64,000 nt of DNA, taken from Fistulifera solaris (Eukaryota). Location of the stretch: assembly GCA_030295235.1 (NCBI GenBank), contig AP026133.1:868001-932000 (forward strand), written 5' to 3'. Positions within the stretch are counted from its first letter, which is position 1, and each line of letters starts with the position of its first letter. The notes below the pieces were generated by a model. That model worked only from the letters and a program-made list of their open reading frames with translations, ran no database searches and was not told the DNA's origin. Positions 1 to 11,648 of this stretch are shown piece after piece. The position numbers and the translations under genes are program-made.

Positions 1-6
1 ACTCCA

Positions 7-316
7 ATTGGACGCTGCCCTGGCCGAGTGCTTGTTTATCGGTTCGAGAGAGGCATCGAAACACGATTCGAAAGAAAAGCGGAAGTGACAATCTCCATTC
101 AAACCATTAAGCCCAAAGAAACCGAATGAATAGAGCTTCTGAGTTGCTCACAATGGGCCTGATGGACTCACAATGGGCCTGATGGACACTTTACCAAGAC
201 GTTGGGTGATTTTCTATGTATTGACGCTTTGGTGATTCGATATCGGCGCTTTTTTCTCTGCTCTTTGTTGGTGATAGGACGGTAGCACTTCCTTCCGTGC
301 ATTGGGAAAGAAATCA
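7..316. repeat. Dispersed ~300-bp repeat, copy 1 (may extend beyond the window start)
   Basis: Aligns by eye with 44882-45182 (ctggccgagtgcttgtttat, gcggaagtgacaa, ctctttgttggtgataggacggtagcacttcc). This copy has an internal tandem duplication of ctcacaatgggcctgatgga. Confidence 0.9.
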
Positions 317-1556
317 ATATGCAACGTTGAAACGCAATAAAAAGTCTAAGCGAAGTCGGGAAAACATGGTCTTGCCGAAGCGGTCGAATGGTCAGGACGT
401 TTCGAACGAAGATCCTAGTTTGATTTTGATGGGTGCACCAGCAATTAATGGGTCCCTTCCGAAGCGGGTACGATCTGCCGCACACACTTTGTGAGAAAGA
501 ACTATTGAGTCCATGTAGAATTGATTTATTCATATATCTAAGCTTTTCTACTGTATAACGTAGTGTGTCCTTTGTCGAGTTGCTACAGTTTGACTTGCCA
601 TTTTTGTGTCTCCTCACTCCAACAGGTAACCATCAATCGTTTGAAGTGCATGTAAGGATCCCTCGCGGACACCGCGTCTTCCTACAATGTTCGATGGTCA
701 CTTTAACAAAACTATGGCCAATAAAAGATGGATGAGTAGATTAGCACGAGTATCGTTCCAACCTTGTTGAGCAAGAACCTTCCATGTAGGAAAAGTGAAA
801 GAATGGGTATGCAAGCTTCGGACCTGCATCAGTTCGCGCTTCTCCTTATAATCACACGTCTAATCAGCTTTGTTTGTTCTGACTTTCAGCGCCCACATTC
901 AATACGCATAACTGGAAAGTTAATTTGGTTGTCAATTTGAAATCTACACGGCTTTCTATACAAACCCGATAACTAGGAAGTGCCTTCCTTACCCCAGTGT
1001 GGTTTTTATCATGCTCCAGGAGTACAGCACGATGGAGCGGCGTCTTGCTACAGTACATCGAGTCGAAGCCAAGGGTGTACTGATTTAAAAGATTACGATG
1101 ACAAGCTTTCATATAAACCATAGTTTGGAACTTGAGCGTACCGTACGTTCGAAACCTATGCGACGTCCAAACAAAGGATATCTTTTACAACGTACCAGGT
1201 ACCCCGTATTATTTTGCGTTCGCACAAACTTGATTTTTTTTTGAAACTTGTCCTTTTATAGTATTACTTTCTCTACTTGTTAATGACGGAGAAACAGTTG
1301 AGTTGTATCTGGTACACTCAGACGGAAAACGGAAGATTGCGAAGGAGCCGCATTAAGAACACGGTCAGTAGATAGAAAGACCCGCACCATCGAACCAAAG
1401 CGGATGAGAGCTAAGGGGCAACGCGCTAGGGCATGCAAAATAAATGATCACGTACAAGAAACGCATCGTCGAGCATTAAGGAACACATCAAGCCAGGTAG
1501 AACAGTCAACATCCTTCGTAAAAGAAGTCATTCGCTCGTAAAAACAATAGCAAGAA

Positions 1557-2749
1557 TGGCCGGTGATTCCACCTCGTCATTCATCGAGGACCTCGTTCAC
1601 TCACTCGCACATCACTTTATTGTGGAAAAGATCCGCCCTACGAAGGGATAGATACATGCTTGCAAGAAGATCCTTGGTGTGCAACCTGTCACAAGAGACC
1701 AGAAAGCGGTCTCTTGTGCTGCTCGCGTTGTCATACGGCTTGGTATTGTAATAGTAGTTGTCAGAAAGCTCACTACAAATCCGGACATCGCGAGATATGC
1801 TTGTCCGTTGCCAGAGATATAAAGAGCTTAGAAGAGGAGATTATTCCATTACTCAACACTCCCTTTGGCGACGACCCAGCACCACACAATATATTTGAAA
1901 CAGAAATCGGAATGTTTAGCGAGGGACCTGAAGCACATCGCTACATGGTGGCGCGCCGTGAGTTGGTCGAATCCTATTTTCAGGCAGCATTTGACGTCGA
2001 AATAAAAGAAGTCTGGGAAAAGGCACTCTATCACGCGTTAGTGCAATTGAGAGAGGCTGTTTCGGACCACGTGGAATGATATATGTGACCCCTTTCATTT
2101 TTTTTGGTATTTAAACCGGGACGACGACGCGTTTGACTTTGTTCAGTATTGGGTGAATCTGAAGTACGTCCGCGGTAGCGAAAGCATGATGGAGATAATG
2201 AACCGTCACGTCCAAAGCAAGGAGGGCGAATTTTTCTATCCGCGTAAGACCAACAGCCGTTTCCTCGACCTTTTCGATCAATGCCCCGATGCAGATGACC
2301 AAGATGTGTTCTTGGTCTTTCTTGTTACTATCCTCATCATCAAACTTCGTCTTGTGGCAGCCTATGATGCTACACTCCAGTCTTTAAATGTGGTGTTCGT
2401 TGAAACAACAGGTGGTCGATACATCCAAGAGGTTAGACTCGCCGTAACTGAAATGCTCCTTGATGAAAGCTTGGTTAACATTGATAGTCAGCGGCAACAA
2501 GTCGAGCGACTTGTCAACGTTATCGACCGAAACAACCCTTCCATGCTCCCAGCAATTCTCAACCCACTCCCGCTTCTGACTCAAAGTCGACCGCCACCCG
2601 ATATTCGAGGCGATCCATCCGAGGCGTTTGATATTGTCAATTACTGCAATCGATGTTTTAGTCGCATACCAGGAGCTTTAAAATTGCTCGAGGAGCGCTA
2701 TGGACCCAATCCAACCTATAACACAACAATGCGCTGCGAATACGATTAA
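1557..2749 (+). CDS. MYND zinc-finger protein (frameshifted in this assembly; start uncertain)
   Basis: CATCHK...CSRCHTAWYCNSSCQKAHYKSGHREIC is a MYND finger. ORFs 1660-2079 and 2153-2749 join through indels near 2070-2105 (poly-T), giving LNRDDDAFDFVQYW. Confidence 0.7.
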
Positions 2750-4017
2750 TGACATGGAGTTTTTGCAAATGGTTAGCAGTTATCGAAGATCTTCGTCACC
2801 CTAGATGTACAGAATTTGAAAGCAGCGAAGCCATTGCTGGACGGTGAAGGTCAAGCAGTAAGAAAGTGCCAGAAAAGGTCGTTTTGAGAGCGTTGCTCTC
2901 CCACGGCACAATGATCAGTGGCGAAATGGCAAATGTTGTATTCGATGTAGTACCAGGTCGTTGTAGCAATGAAAAGGCTTCTCCTCGAGTGATATGTTCC
3001 GCCTATAATGCTTGCATTCAAAATTCGAAATAGTTTCGACACTTATTTAAAAAGTGAGACCCAAACCCGCCCGACTCGTGTACCTGTTGCGGAAATCAGA
3101 GCCAAAGCGTAATTATTTTGACTACGGATTAGACACAACAACATTGGAACGTAGTTTTGACGCCTATGTTACATAAGCAAAACAAATGACGAGACAATTT
3201 CATTACCGTATTGTACCAGGTATCTTGCCGGTACTGCGCTGCACTCTTTTTTTCTTCTCCGACAAAGATCGACAACTGTGAAACAATGAAACGCGACCAA
3301 AGCAAACGACGCAATGCAAGCCATTGTGAAATGTTCATTACTTGATATTGCCGCTAAACGTGAACTAGATGGCAACAATGAACACTGATTCTAATGATGT
3401 AAAAAAAGATTTGGTCGATTGTATCAAAAAGCAAATGGCGGAAAGAGAGCCTTTTTCTACGAAGGGAAACAAGACCCACACTTGCAAGGTTCATGACTGA
3501 TATGATTCAGTCGTGGCGAAAGGTATTCTCTACAGACTGGGACCTACAGCCTACAATGCATTTGACAAACCGATTTGCGACAATTTTCGACATCAAACAT
3601 CAAGATGTTCCTTGCAATGACTGCCAAAGATAACTTCATCATGGTTAAACTAATTTGACAAACTAGCAGATCGAATGGACTAAAATAGAAATTGAATGCT
3701 CCGTAGCATGTTGGCTCGGAAAAGTAATGGCTATTGTCTCATGACTGAAATGCAGTCGCTGATCGTGTGGTAACCCTGACACTTTGGGCTACAGTGGAGG
3801 GACACCGAAAGATAACGATGATTTGCACCATAGCATCTACTTGTAGCTCACCACAAAAAAAAGCCATTGGCACATTTCAGACCCGTGCGTTCAAGACTAT
3901 TCATCTTATAACAAGTTTCTTGAGGGCCTTGAATAACCGTTGCCTGCTTGTGTTGCATCCTCATTTCTGAGAAGAATTTTCCGTCAAACGACAAAATATT
4001 TGGATAACAAAATCATC

Positions 4018-4923
4018 ATGCGCGTCCGTCTTGCTCTGGATTGGGCACCCAACGCCAATCACAGTGGTATTTATGCCGCGGTGAAGCACGGATGGTACAA
4101 TGAAGCAGGTGTAGACCTCGATATTCAACACCACGATTTTACAGAAAGTCCGGCGACCAAGTTGGAATTGGGCAAGGCGGACGTCGCGCTTTGCTCCTTG
4201 GATTGTTTGCTGAATTATCGTTCACGAGCGGAACCGCTTCCGGTCAAAGCCATTGCAGCAGTCTTGCAAGACGACTTGGCCAGTATCGCTGTACTCGAAA
4301 GCAGCGGAATCGAACGTCCGGCCCAGTTGGACGGCAAGACTCACGCATCGTATCGAGCATGCAACAAGGACGCCACCATTGAGTGCCTCGTCCGTAATGA
4401 CGGTGGAAAGGGCGATTTGAACTTTGCTTATCCCGATCAGGTCACCATCTGGAATACTCTTGTCAAGAACAAGGCTGATTCGATCTGGATTTTCATGAAT
4501 TGGCAGGGTGTACAAGCGGAATTGGCTGGCGTTGCTTTGCGCCATTTCAAAATGGCCGATTACGGTATCCCTTTTGGTTACTCTCCCATCATGATTGCCA
4601 ACGAAGACCTCAATACGGATCAATCTGCTGCTTTAAAGGCTTTTCTCGCCGCGACGGCCAAGGGCTATGCCTGGGCGGCCGCTCATCCGGTGGAAATGAC
4701 GGACATTCTTTTGGAGTGGGTCTCGGAAGACGATAAGAATAAGCCCTTTCTTCAGGCAGCACAAGCTGCGACGAGTCCTCATTATATTTCCACCATGACT
4801 GGCTCCTGGGGTCACATGGAATCGGAGAAAGTTAACGCTTATTTGAAATGGCGTGTGGAACTGGGTCTCGATTCGGAACCGTTCGCCGTCGACAAGCTCG
4901 TCACCAACGATCTCCTAAGATAA
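4018..4923 (+). CDS. NMT1/THI5-like (ThiY/SsuA-type substrate-binding fold) protein, paralog 1
   Basis: LALDWAPNANHSGIYAA, GWYNEAGVDL, SGIERPAQLDGK, ADSIWIFMNWQG, DYGIPFGYSP and FLAATAKGY motifs. Intronless; ATG at 4018. Confidence 0.88.
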   Translation: MRVRLALDWAPNANHSGIYAAVKHGWYNEAGVDLDIQHHDFTESPATKLELGKADVALCSLDCLLNYRSRAEPLPVKAIAAVLQDDLASIAVLESSGIERPAQLDGKTHASYRACNKDATIECLVRNDGGKGDLNFAYPDQVTIWNTLVKNKADSIWIFMNWQGVQAELAGVALRHFKMADYGIPFGYSPIMIANEDLNTDQSAALKAFLAATAKGYAWAAAHPVEMTDILLEWVSEDDKNKPFLQAAQAATSPHYISTMTGSWGHMESEKVNAYLKWRVELGLDSEPFAVDKLVTNDLLR

Positions 4924-4966
4924 TCGAGATGATTGTAAAGTGCTTCTCGTGACATGATAATATGAA

Positions 4967-5112
4967 ATTGTACTCTCGCTGCGGGAGCTTGATGTTTGGA
5001 AATAATATGCTGAGAGTTAAGCAAAAGTCCGCTCTTTTTGTATGGACTTTTGCATCGACCGTTCGAACCTGCTCATGGTAATGCATGCGAAAGGGAATGT
5101 GAGTTGTGCAAT
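4967..5112 (+). promoter_or_regulatory. TPP riboswitch-like aptamer in the 3'UTR of paralog 1
   Basis: GCGGGAGC...GCTGAGA, then P3a hairpin GCAAAAGTCC/GGACTTTTGC, then GACCGTTCGAACCTG..ATGGTAATGCAT GCG..AGGGAA. P1 is ATTGTACTCTCGC/GTGAGTTGTGCAAT. Follows a thiamine-related gene family. Confidence 0.88.
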
Positions 5113-5518
5113 GGAAGATTATCACTCAAGTGTTGCTGTGGAGAAGTAGATAAAAGAAACATAGTAGTGAATGATTGATCTAGCATTGAGCAAACAATAG
5201 TGACTAACTCCTTTGGAGACCCGGGTCTTTTGTTCGGCGTGCGACGCACACTCGTCATCGGCGGCGCGCGCGATCGTTTCATAAGATCTTTATGGATTTT
5301 CGTCCTCTTATTTTCGTTTAGAACCTATTTTACATTATTTGCTATTTGCTACTTGTACTGTTGTCATTTGGCCGGATCTTGTTGTATGACGCGGGTCTGC
5401 AACGTTCATAAATCATAAGGTTTGTTTTAAGTTTAAAAAAAGCCCCGACCGAACGATAGAAACAATCAACCCACATCGACGCGACAGACAAGAATTTCAT
5501 TTTGATTCGACAACCATC

Positions 5519-6424
5519 ATGGAACGTCTCCGCTTCACCCTCGACTACACCCCCAACGCGAATCACAGCGGTGTGTTTGCTGCTATCCATCACGGATGGT
5601 ATAAGGAAGCAGGTATTGATCTTGAGCTTCAACATCGTGACTTTCAGCACGGTGGTATCGCCAAGCTGGAGCTCGGGATCGCCGATGTGGCTTTCACGGC
5701 AATGCTCGTTCTAGGAAGCTATCGTAAACACGATTCGTTTCCGATCAAAGCCATTGCTACGGCGATGCAAAACGACTTGAGTACGATTGCTGTGCTCGCC
5801 AAGAGCGGCATCGAGCGTCCGGCTCAGCTCGATGGCCGATCCTACGCATCCTGCCAAGCGGGCTTCAAGAACCCCACGGTTGCCGCTCTTATCCGTAGTG
5901 ACGGTGGACAGGGTGATTTGACTTTCACCTATCCCGAAAAGATTAGTAGTTGGGAGGCGCTGGCGGAGAAAGAAGCCGATTCGGTCTGGATTTATCGTAA
6001 CTGGCAAGGCGTGCAAGCAGAGTTGGCTGGTGTTGATCTGCGTCACTTCACGTTGGGCGACTACGGTGCACCCTATTGCTACTCTCTCGTCATGGTTGCC
6101 AACACGGATTACATTGCCAAGAAAGCGTCGACGTTGCGTGCTTTTCTGGCGGCAACGGCCAAGGGTTATGCTTGGGCTGCGGAAAATCCGGTCAAGATGG
6201 CGGAAATTCTCTACGAGTGGGTCGCGGAAGCCGATAAGCATTTGACGTTTCTCAAGGCAGCGCAAGCTGCCACCAGTCCCCACTACATCTCTTCCAAGAC
6301 TGGGTCCTGGGGACACATGGAAGTAGAGAAAGTTAACGCTTATTTGAAATGGCGTGAGGCACAAGGTCTCGAAACGACTACCGTGGAGGCCGACGCGCTA
6401 GTTACCAATGAACTCCTTGGATAA
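5519..6424 (+). CDS. NMT1/THI5-like protein, paralog 2
   Basis: FTLDYTPNANHSGVFAA, SGIERPAQLDGR, ADSVWIYRNWQG; intact 301-aa ORF collinear with paralog 1. Confidence 0.88.
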   Translation: MERLRFTLDYTPNANHSGVFAAIHHGWYKEAGIDLELQHRDFQHGGIAKLELGIADVAFTAMLVLGSYRKHDSFPIKAIATAMQNDLSTIAVLAKSGIERPAQLDGRSYASCQAGFKNPTVAALIRSDGGQGDLTFTYPEKISSWEALAEKEADSVWIYRNWQGVQAELAGVDLRHFTLGDYGAPYCYSLVMVANTDYIAKKASTLRAFLAATAKGYAWAAENPVKMAEILYEWVAEADKHLTFLKAAQAATSPHYISSKTGSWGHMEVEKVNAYLKWREAQGLETTTVEADALVTNELLG

Positions 6425-6466
6425 AGAAGCGATAAGAAAATACTTCTCGTGACATGGTAATTTGAT

Positions 6467-6613
6467 ATTGCACTCTCGCTGCGGGAGCTTGATGTTTGGA
6501 AATAATATGCTGAGAGTTTCAAAGTCTATGGTACCGTACCTGAAAAGACTTTGTATCGACCGTTCGAACCTGCTCATGGTAATGCATGCGAAAGGGAATG
6601 TGAGTTGTGCAAT
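6467..6613 (+). promoter_or_regulatory. TPP riboswitch-like aptamer in the 3'UTR of paralog 2
   Basis: Same core motifs as copy 1 (GCTGAGA, GAACCTG, GTAATG, GCG, AGGGAA); P3a stem is CAAAGTCT/AGACTTTG. Confidence 0.88.
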
Positions 6614-7147
6614 GGAAGATTATCACTCAAGTGTTGCTGTGGAGAAGTAGATAAAAGAAACATAGTAGAGAAAGACACATGGTTTGAAAAAGAGATAGAG
6701 TCAATAGACGTTAAAATGGCTCCCTAGCTTGTCCCATTCGAAGGCGTGAAGCGTGAATGACACGACTCGTACGTCGTGCGTCAGTTATCTGTTGTCCCGG
6801 ATCGGATCTTTTTTTGGATCTTTCGCACTCGCGCGTGCATTCTGCAAAATACCTTCCAATAAATCTCTCGACCTTTCCTCATTTTTGTCGAACTCCTTTT
6901 CACGGCATTCAGTTTAAATCTTAATACACTATTCAGTCGCAAACAGATGAAAGCGTTGAACTGGCATCACCTTATCCGCCATCCACCCATTACGTCGAAA
7001 TGGTATCCGATCATCAAAGTTACGTATGAGTATGAGAAAGATCTTGGCGCGGGTCTGACGGAAATTGATGGTGGAGATAGGCGCGTCGGCTTCACTTAAT
7101 CCGAAATGTGGTGACGGTGTTGAATACCCACATTACCAACAACCAAC

Positions 7148-8055
7148 ATGGAACGCATTCGTCTCGCTCTAGACTGGAAACCCAACGTCAATCACAGTGG
7201 AATTCTCGCTGCGATTCACCATGGGTGGTACAAAGAAGCCGGCATTGAGCTCGAGCTCATCGATCGCGAGTTGACGCAGAGTGCCCCGCAAAGGTCGAGT
7301 CGGGCGTAGCAGATGTAGGGCTTACCTGCATTGTTACGTTAGCGAGCTACCGTGAGGAAAAGGATTCGCATCCTTTGAAAGCCATCGCGTCGCTCATGCA
7401 AGAAGATTTGAGTTCGATGGCGGTGCTCGAAAGTAGCGGCATCGAGCGTCCCGCGCAGCTCGATGGGAAGCGCTTCGCGGCTTGCTCTGTGGGAGGACGG
7501 AACCCCACGATCACTTGTCTCATTCAAAACGACGGAGGAAAGGGTGATATCACCTACATCCAGTCCGATCGTGTGAATTTGTATGAGACGGTGGCGGAGA
7601 ACAAAGCCGATGCTATTTGGCTCTTTAAGAACTGGCAGGGTGCTCAAGCAGAAGCGGCCGGTGTCAAGTTGCGTCACTTTACGCTGGGTGACTACGGCGT
7701 ACCTTATTGCTACCCGATTACCATGTTTACCAGCCCCGCGTTCATCGCCGAGCATTCCAAGACGTTGCGCACGTTTCTAGCGACAACGGCCAAGGGTTAT
7801 GCCTGGGCTGTTGTCAATCCAGAGAAGATGGTGGACATCCTCATGGAGCAGGTGCGTGACGAACACAAAGATAAGGCATTCTTGGAAATTGCCTTTGCTG
7901 CGACTCGTCCGTACTTTATTTCGTCAAAGACTGGTTCTTGGGGGCACATGGAGCCCGAGAAAGTCAACGCTTATTTGAAGTGGCGTGCGGAGCAAGGGCT
8001 ATCCAACGGGCCCCTCGAAGTCGACGAGTTCGTCACTAATGAACTCCTCGGATAA
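7148..8055 (+). CDS. NMT1/THI5-like protein, paralog 3 (one-base deletion in the C-run near 7285)
   Basis: ATG 7148 gives MERIRLALDWKPNVNHSG. Restoring one C in gccccgcaaag joins it to the frame of ORF 7375-8055. Confidence 0.85.
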
Positions 8056-8097
8056 AGAAGCTATAAGAAAATGCTTCTCGTGACATGGTAATTTGAT

Positions 8098-8239
8098 ATT
8101 GCACTCTCGCTGCGGGAGCTTGATGTTTGAAAATAATATGCTGAGAGTTTCAAAGTCTATGGTACCTGAAAAGACTTTGTATCGACCGTTCGAACCTGCT
8201 CATGGTAATGCATGCGAAAGGGAATGTGAGTTGTGCAAT
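8098..8239 (+). promoter_or_regulatory. TPP riboswitch-like aptamer in the 3'UTR of paralog 3
   Basis: Nearly identical to copy 2, with a shorter P3a loop. Confidence 0.88.
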
Positions 8240-8537
8240 GGAAGATTATCACTCAAGTGTTGCTGTGAGAAGTAAATAAAAGACATAGTAGTGAATGAGT
8301 TAAATGAATCTTGAGATTGCGCAGAGCAAACTGGATCTCATCAGCTTGGTTTTACAATCGGCCTCGTTCGTCTAGTTATGAAAAGCATGCGGTCAGTTAC
8401 GTCGTGTGGACGAAGTATCTAAAAGTGGTTATTATTTGTTAAAAAAACTCACTGCAGTAACATGATAGCCATATGTTGGCGAGAGACAGGGAAATATGTT
8501 TCAAAAAACAATCCGTCATAATAAAAGATAGATGAAC

Positions 8538-11013
8538 TTAATCGACAGTAACTGCCTTGGCAAGATTTCGTGGAGTATCCGGGTTGATTCCTCTGAAAGT
8601 GAAAAGTGTGAGTCGAACTACTTCTTTTCATGCTGGCAGCACAGCCACAAGAAACGTACCGTAACATGGCCAACTCGTACGAAATCAACTGTAGTGGAAG
8701 AACAGCACCCAACGCGGTCAACGGACCATTGTTGGGGATGATGATGGGATCGTCGTCTAAATCACGGGCCAATTCAGCTTTGTCAGTAATAATTATGACT
8801 TGAGCTCCGCGTGCTTTCACTTCTTCTGCCGCAGTACGCATGTGATGCGCGTGCTGATCGTCTAGAATCAACATGATAATAGGCGTAGCACCAAACTTTC
8901 CGTTGTTGTCATCTTCAATCAACGCAAATGGACCGTGCTTCAAAGCGCCGCCACTGTACCCTTCGGCATGCAAGTAGCACATTTCTTTAATCTTCAAAGC
9001 ACCTTCCATAGCCACCGGTTCTCCATACCCTTTGCCCAAAACAAAGCAATGCTCCTTCGTATTGAGTTTTTGAGCCACCTTTTCACATTGTTGACGCGTT
9101 TTCAATGCCATACCGAAGGTAATGGGCAATCGCATGAGTGCTTCCTTCAATTTGATGGCCTCAATACTAGGTGGATGACCTTCGATTTTGTCCCTCGTTT
9201 GACGGAACCACAGAGCAATCAATGCCAAGACGGTGACTTGTGTGGTGAAGGCCTTGGTACTGGCCACGGCATTCTCGCGTCCCGCATTGCAGTAGACACC
9301 TGCCTTAGTCGTTCGGGCAATCAAACTACCGACGGCATTGACGACACTGAGTACATTGATGCCACGGTCCATGGCCGTATTCACAACACGAGCAACATCT
9401 TTCGTTTCACCACTTTGGGACACCACAATGAGTCCGGTCGATTCTGGATTCGACGGACAAGGAAAATCCTTGGGTTCCGTTTCAGCCGCATCCAACGAAT
9501 ACACACTATCAAAACTACCCAATTGCTTCATGAGGCGTTCACCGTACTTGGATGCATTGAGACTGGTCCCACAAGCCGACAAGACCATGTGTTTGATTTG
9601 ACTGAATCGATCAAAGTTCCCGTCCAACCCACCGAGATTGATGTTGTCCGCCCCCAATCGTCCACCAAAGCCCATGGCCCGGGCAATGGCTTCGGGCTGT
9701 TCGTAACACTCCCGGAGTGTCCAGTGCGGATACGGCGCCGGACTGAGTTTGACATCTTGATCGGGTGCCTTTTGTTTGCGTTTCAAGTCCAGTGACCGTC
9801 CGTCGGCATGCAACACACCAATTTCTCCATCTTTCATGGAAATGAAATTCTTGGTGTACCGATTGAACGCCGACGTTTCACTGGCGATGAAACAACGATC
9901 ATCTCCGATTCCAATCACGAGAGGGGAACCATTGCAGGCGACGACCAGTTCATCGGGCGAATCGACACACATGATCCCCAATCCCCAGGTGCCGTCACAC
10001 TTTTGCAGGGCCTGTTCGGTGGCATCACGGAGTGTCATGCCCGGATTGTTCGCGTAGACGTGTCCAATCAACTTGGCAATGACTTCCGTGTCAGTTTGTC
10101 CTTCAAATTGGTGTCCGAGTGCTTGCAACTCTCGTCGTAATTCGTTGGAGTTGTTGAGCGTTCCGTTGTGGACTAAGGCAATCTTCCCTGACGAATCGGT
10201 ATGAGGATGGGCATTTTCATCGGTTTTTCCACCATGTGTCGCCCAACGCGTATGCGCAATGCCTACCGAGTGTCCTACCGATGCTTGCGAATGATCACGG
10301 ACCATTTCAATGGAGTCGGCTTTTTCTCCGACACTGGCAAATTTGGTGATGGCCTAGAGAAGAAAAGAGAGAGAGAGAGGAGGGGGAGGGAAATAAGAGC
10401 GATAGTATGAGAGATTAAGAGCTAACATTTGCAAATGTCAATGTCTTTGTAATCATAAAAGTAACGCACCAATTTTCCTCCATGATTGTCCATGGTCGCA
10501 ATTCCAGCACTGTCATAACCACGATTCTTCAAAATGGTCAATCCATCGACCAAAAAAGTCACTGTGGGAATGATGATCCGAAAGCAGATAGATAAATACT
10601 CGACGTGAGAAATCGACAGAAGAAACAGAATGAATCAATCAATCAATCAATGAAACAAAAGAACATGTTTTCGTATCCGACTCTTTCCCGTTGTGTTGTT
10701 TCTTACGGTTTTTCGTTCATTATTTCATTATTCGCTGATATTCATTCGTTCAGACGTACCGTGCTTCGACGCCTTTCAAGGCCACAATTCCAGCAATCCC
10801 ACAACACTCGGCTTTTTGTTGTTCTTGTTGTTGCCATACCGCCATGGCAGTGACCGCCGCGGCCGCCACTATCCAGGAACGATCGTTCTTTTGGTGGGTC
10901 GACGACGACGACGACGACGACGACAAGGTCGAGAAAGCCGCGAATGTCGTCGGACGTCTCGTTATCGACATCGACTGGACGATTAGTTTTCGAGATGTCA
11001 ACCACAATGTCAT
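8538..11013 (-). CDS. GFA1: Glutamine:fructose-6-phosphate aminotransferase (GFAT), 4 exons, with an N-terminal presequence
   Basis: Exons 11013-10760, 10561-10470, 10353-8660 and 8592-8538 with GT-AG introns. Motifs [49 protein letters not shown], and C-terminal [11 protein letters not shown]. Confidence 0.95.
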
Positions 11014-11648
11014 TTTCAAAGAGAGAGAGAGTGCAAGGAAATCAATGAAGATACGACTAGCTCTCACACACTTGAAAGGCAATGAATGAGCGAATCAAAT
11101 AATCGACAACGACTACACAATACGCAATCCAAACATTATACCGGTAGTCGCACGAAAAGCCAACAAAGCCGGGTCATCGTCCCCTGTCCTCTCCCAAGAA
11201 TGCCAGCATACAAGATACGCGGAGTCCCGAGGAGCACTCTTCCGTGGAGGGTGTCCAAGGCTACTGTTTTCGATAGAGTACAAGACGTTTTTCGCTCGAC
11301 CGGATACAAGAATGTACCATCCGTGACCGGTGGGATTTTGATATCGGGATTCGTGATTGTGACTTTTCACTTTTCACGTTTGTTGAAGTGGTCTGTCGTC
11401 TGTCGTCTGTCGTCTGTCGCGTTTTTTTTCGCACGCATCGCAATCGCGTGACTCAAAAATTCATTCACGTTTTTGCGGGAAAAAGAGAGATCGCGAAGCC
11501 GCAACAACGATGAGGATGATGATCATTCAATAATGCCTATAGCACTGCTAGCTACCCATTTCTTCGTTCCTTTTCTTTTTTGATTCTGTTCTGCACTCGA
11601 TCCACTTTATACCATTACTCTCCTCCTATCCCGTGACTCATAATATAT

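Noticed and set aside
6456..6490. Plant-style riboswitch-controlled 3'UTR intron (GGTAAT donor, AG in P2)
   Set aside because: The intron would be only ~30 nt and the donor is absent in copy 1 (GATAAT); unsupported without transcripts.
4018..8055. True THI5 HMP-P synthases, or a bacterial contaminant ABC operon
   Set aside because: No CCCxC motif and no permease or ATPase genes. The aptamers are 3' rather than 5', and the neighbouring GFAT gene has spliceosomal introns.
4901..8275. Repeated small ORFs in the 3'UTRs (6462-6650, 8093-8275, 4901-5125)
   Set aside because: Frames are not conserved between copies because of indels in the P3a loop; RNA structure explains the conservation.
8060..8540. 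glmS ribozyme next to GFAT
   Set aside because: The structured element here is on the opposite strand, matches TPP motifs and belongs to the THI5-like gene; no glmS ribozyme core was seen.
8935..9795. Long antisense ORFs (also 5711-6364, 53170-53931, 35571-36185)
   Set aside because: They mostly shadow real genes on the other strand and show no recognisable motifs.
10900..10924. (GAC)n microsatellite as a separate element
   Set aside because: It encodes the poly-Ser tract of the GFAT presequence on the minus strand.
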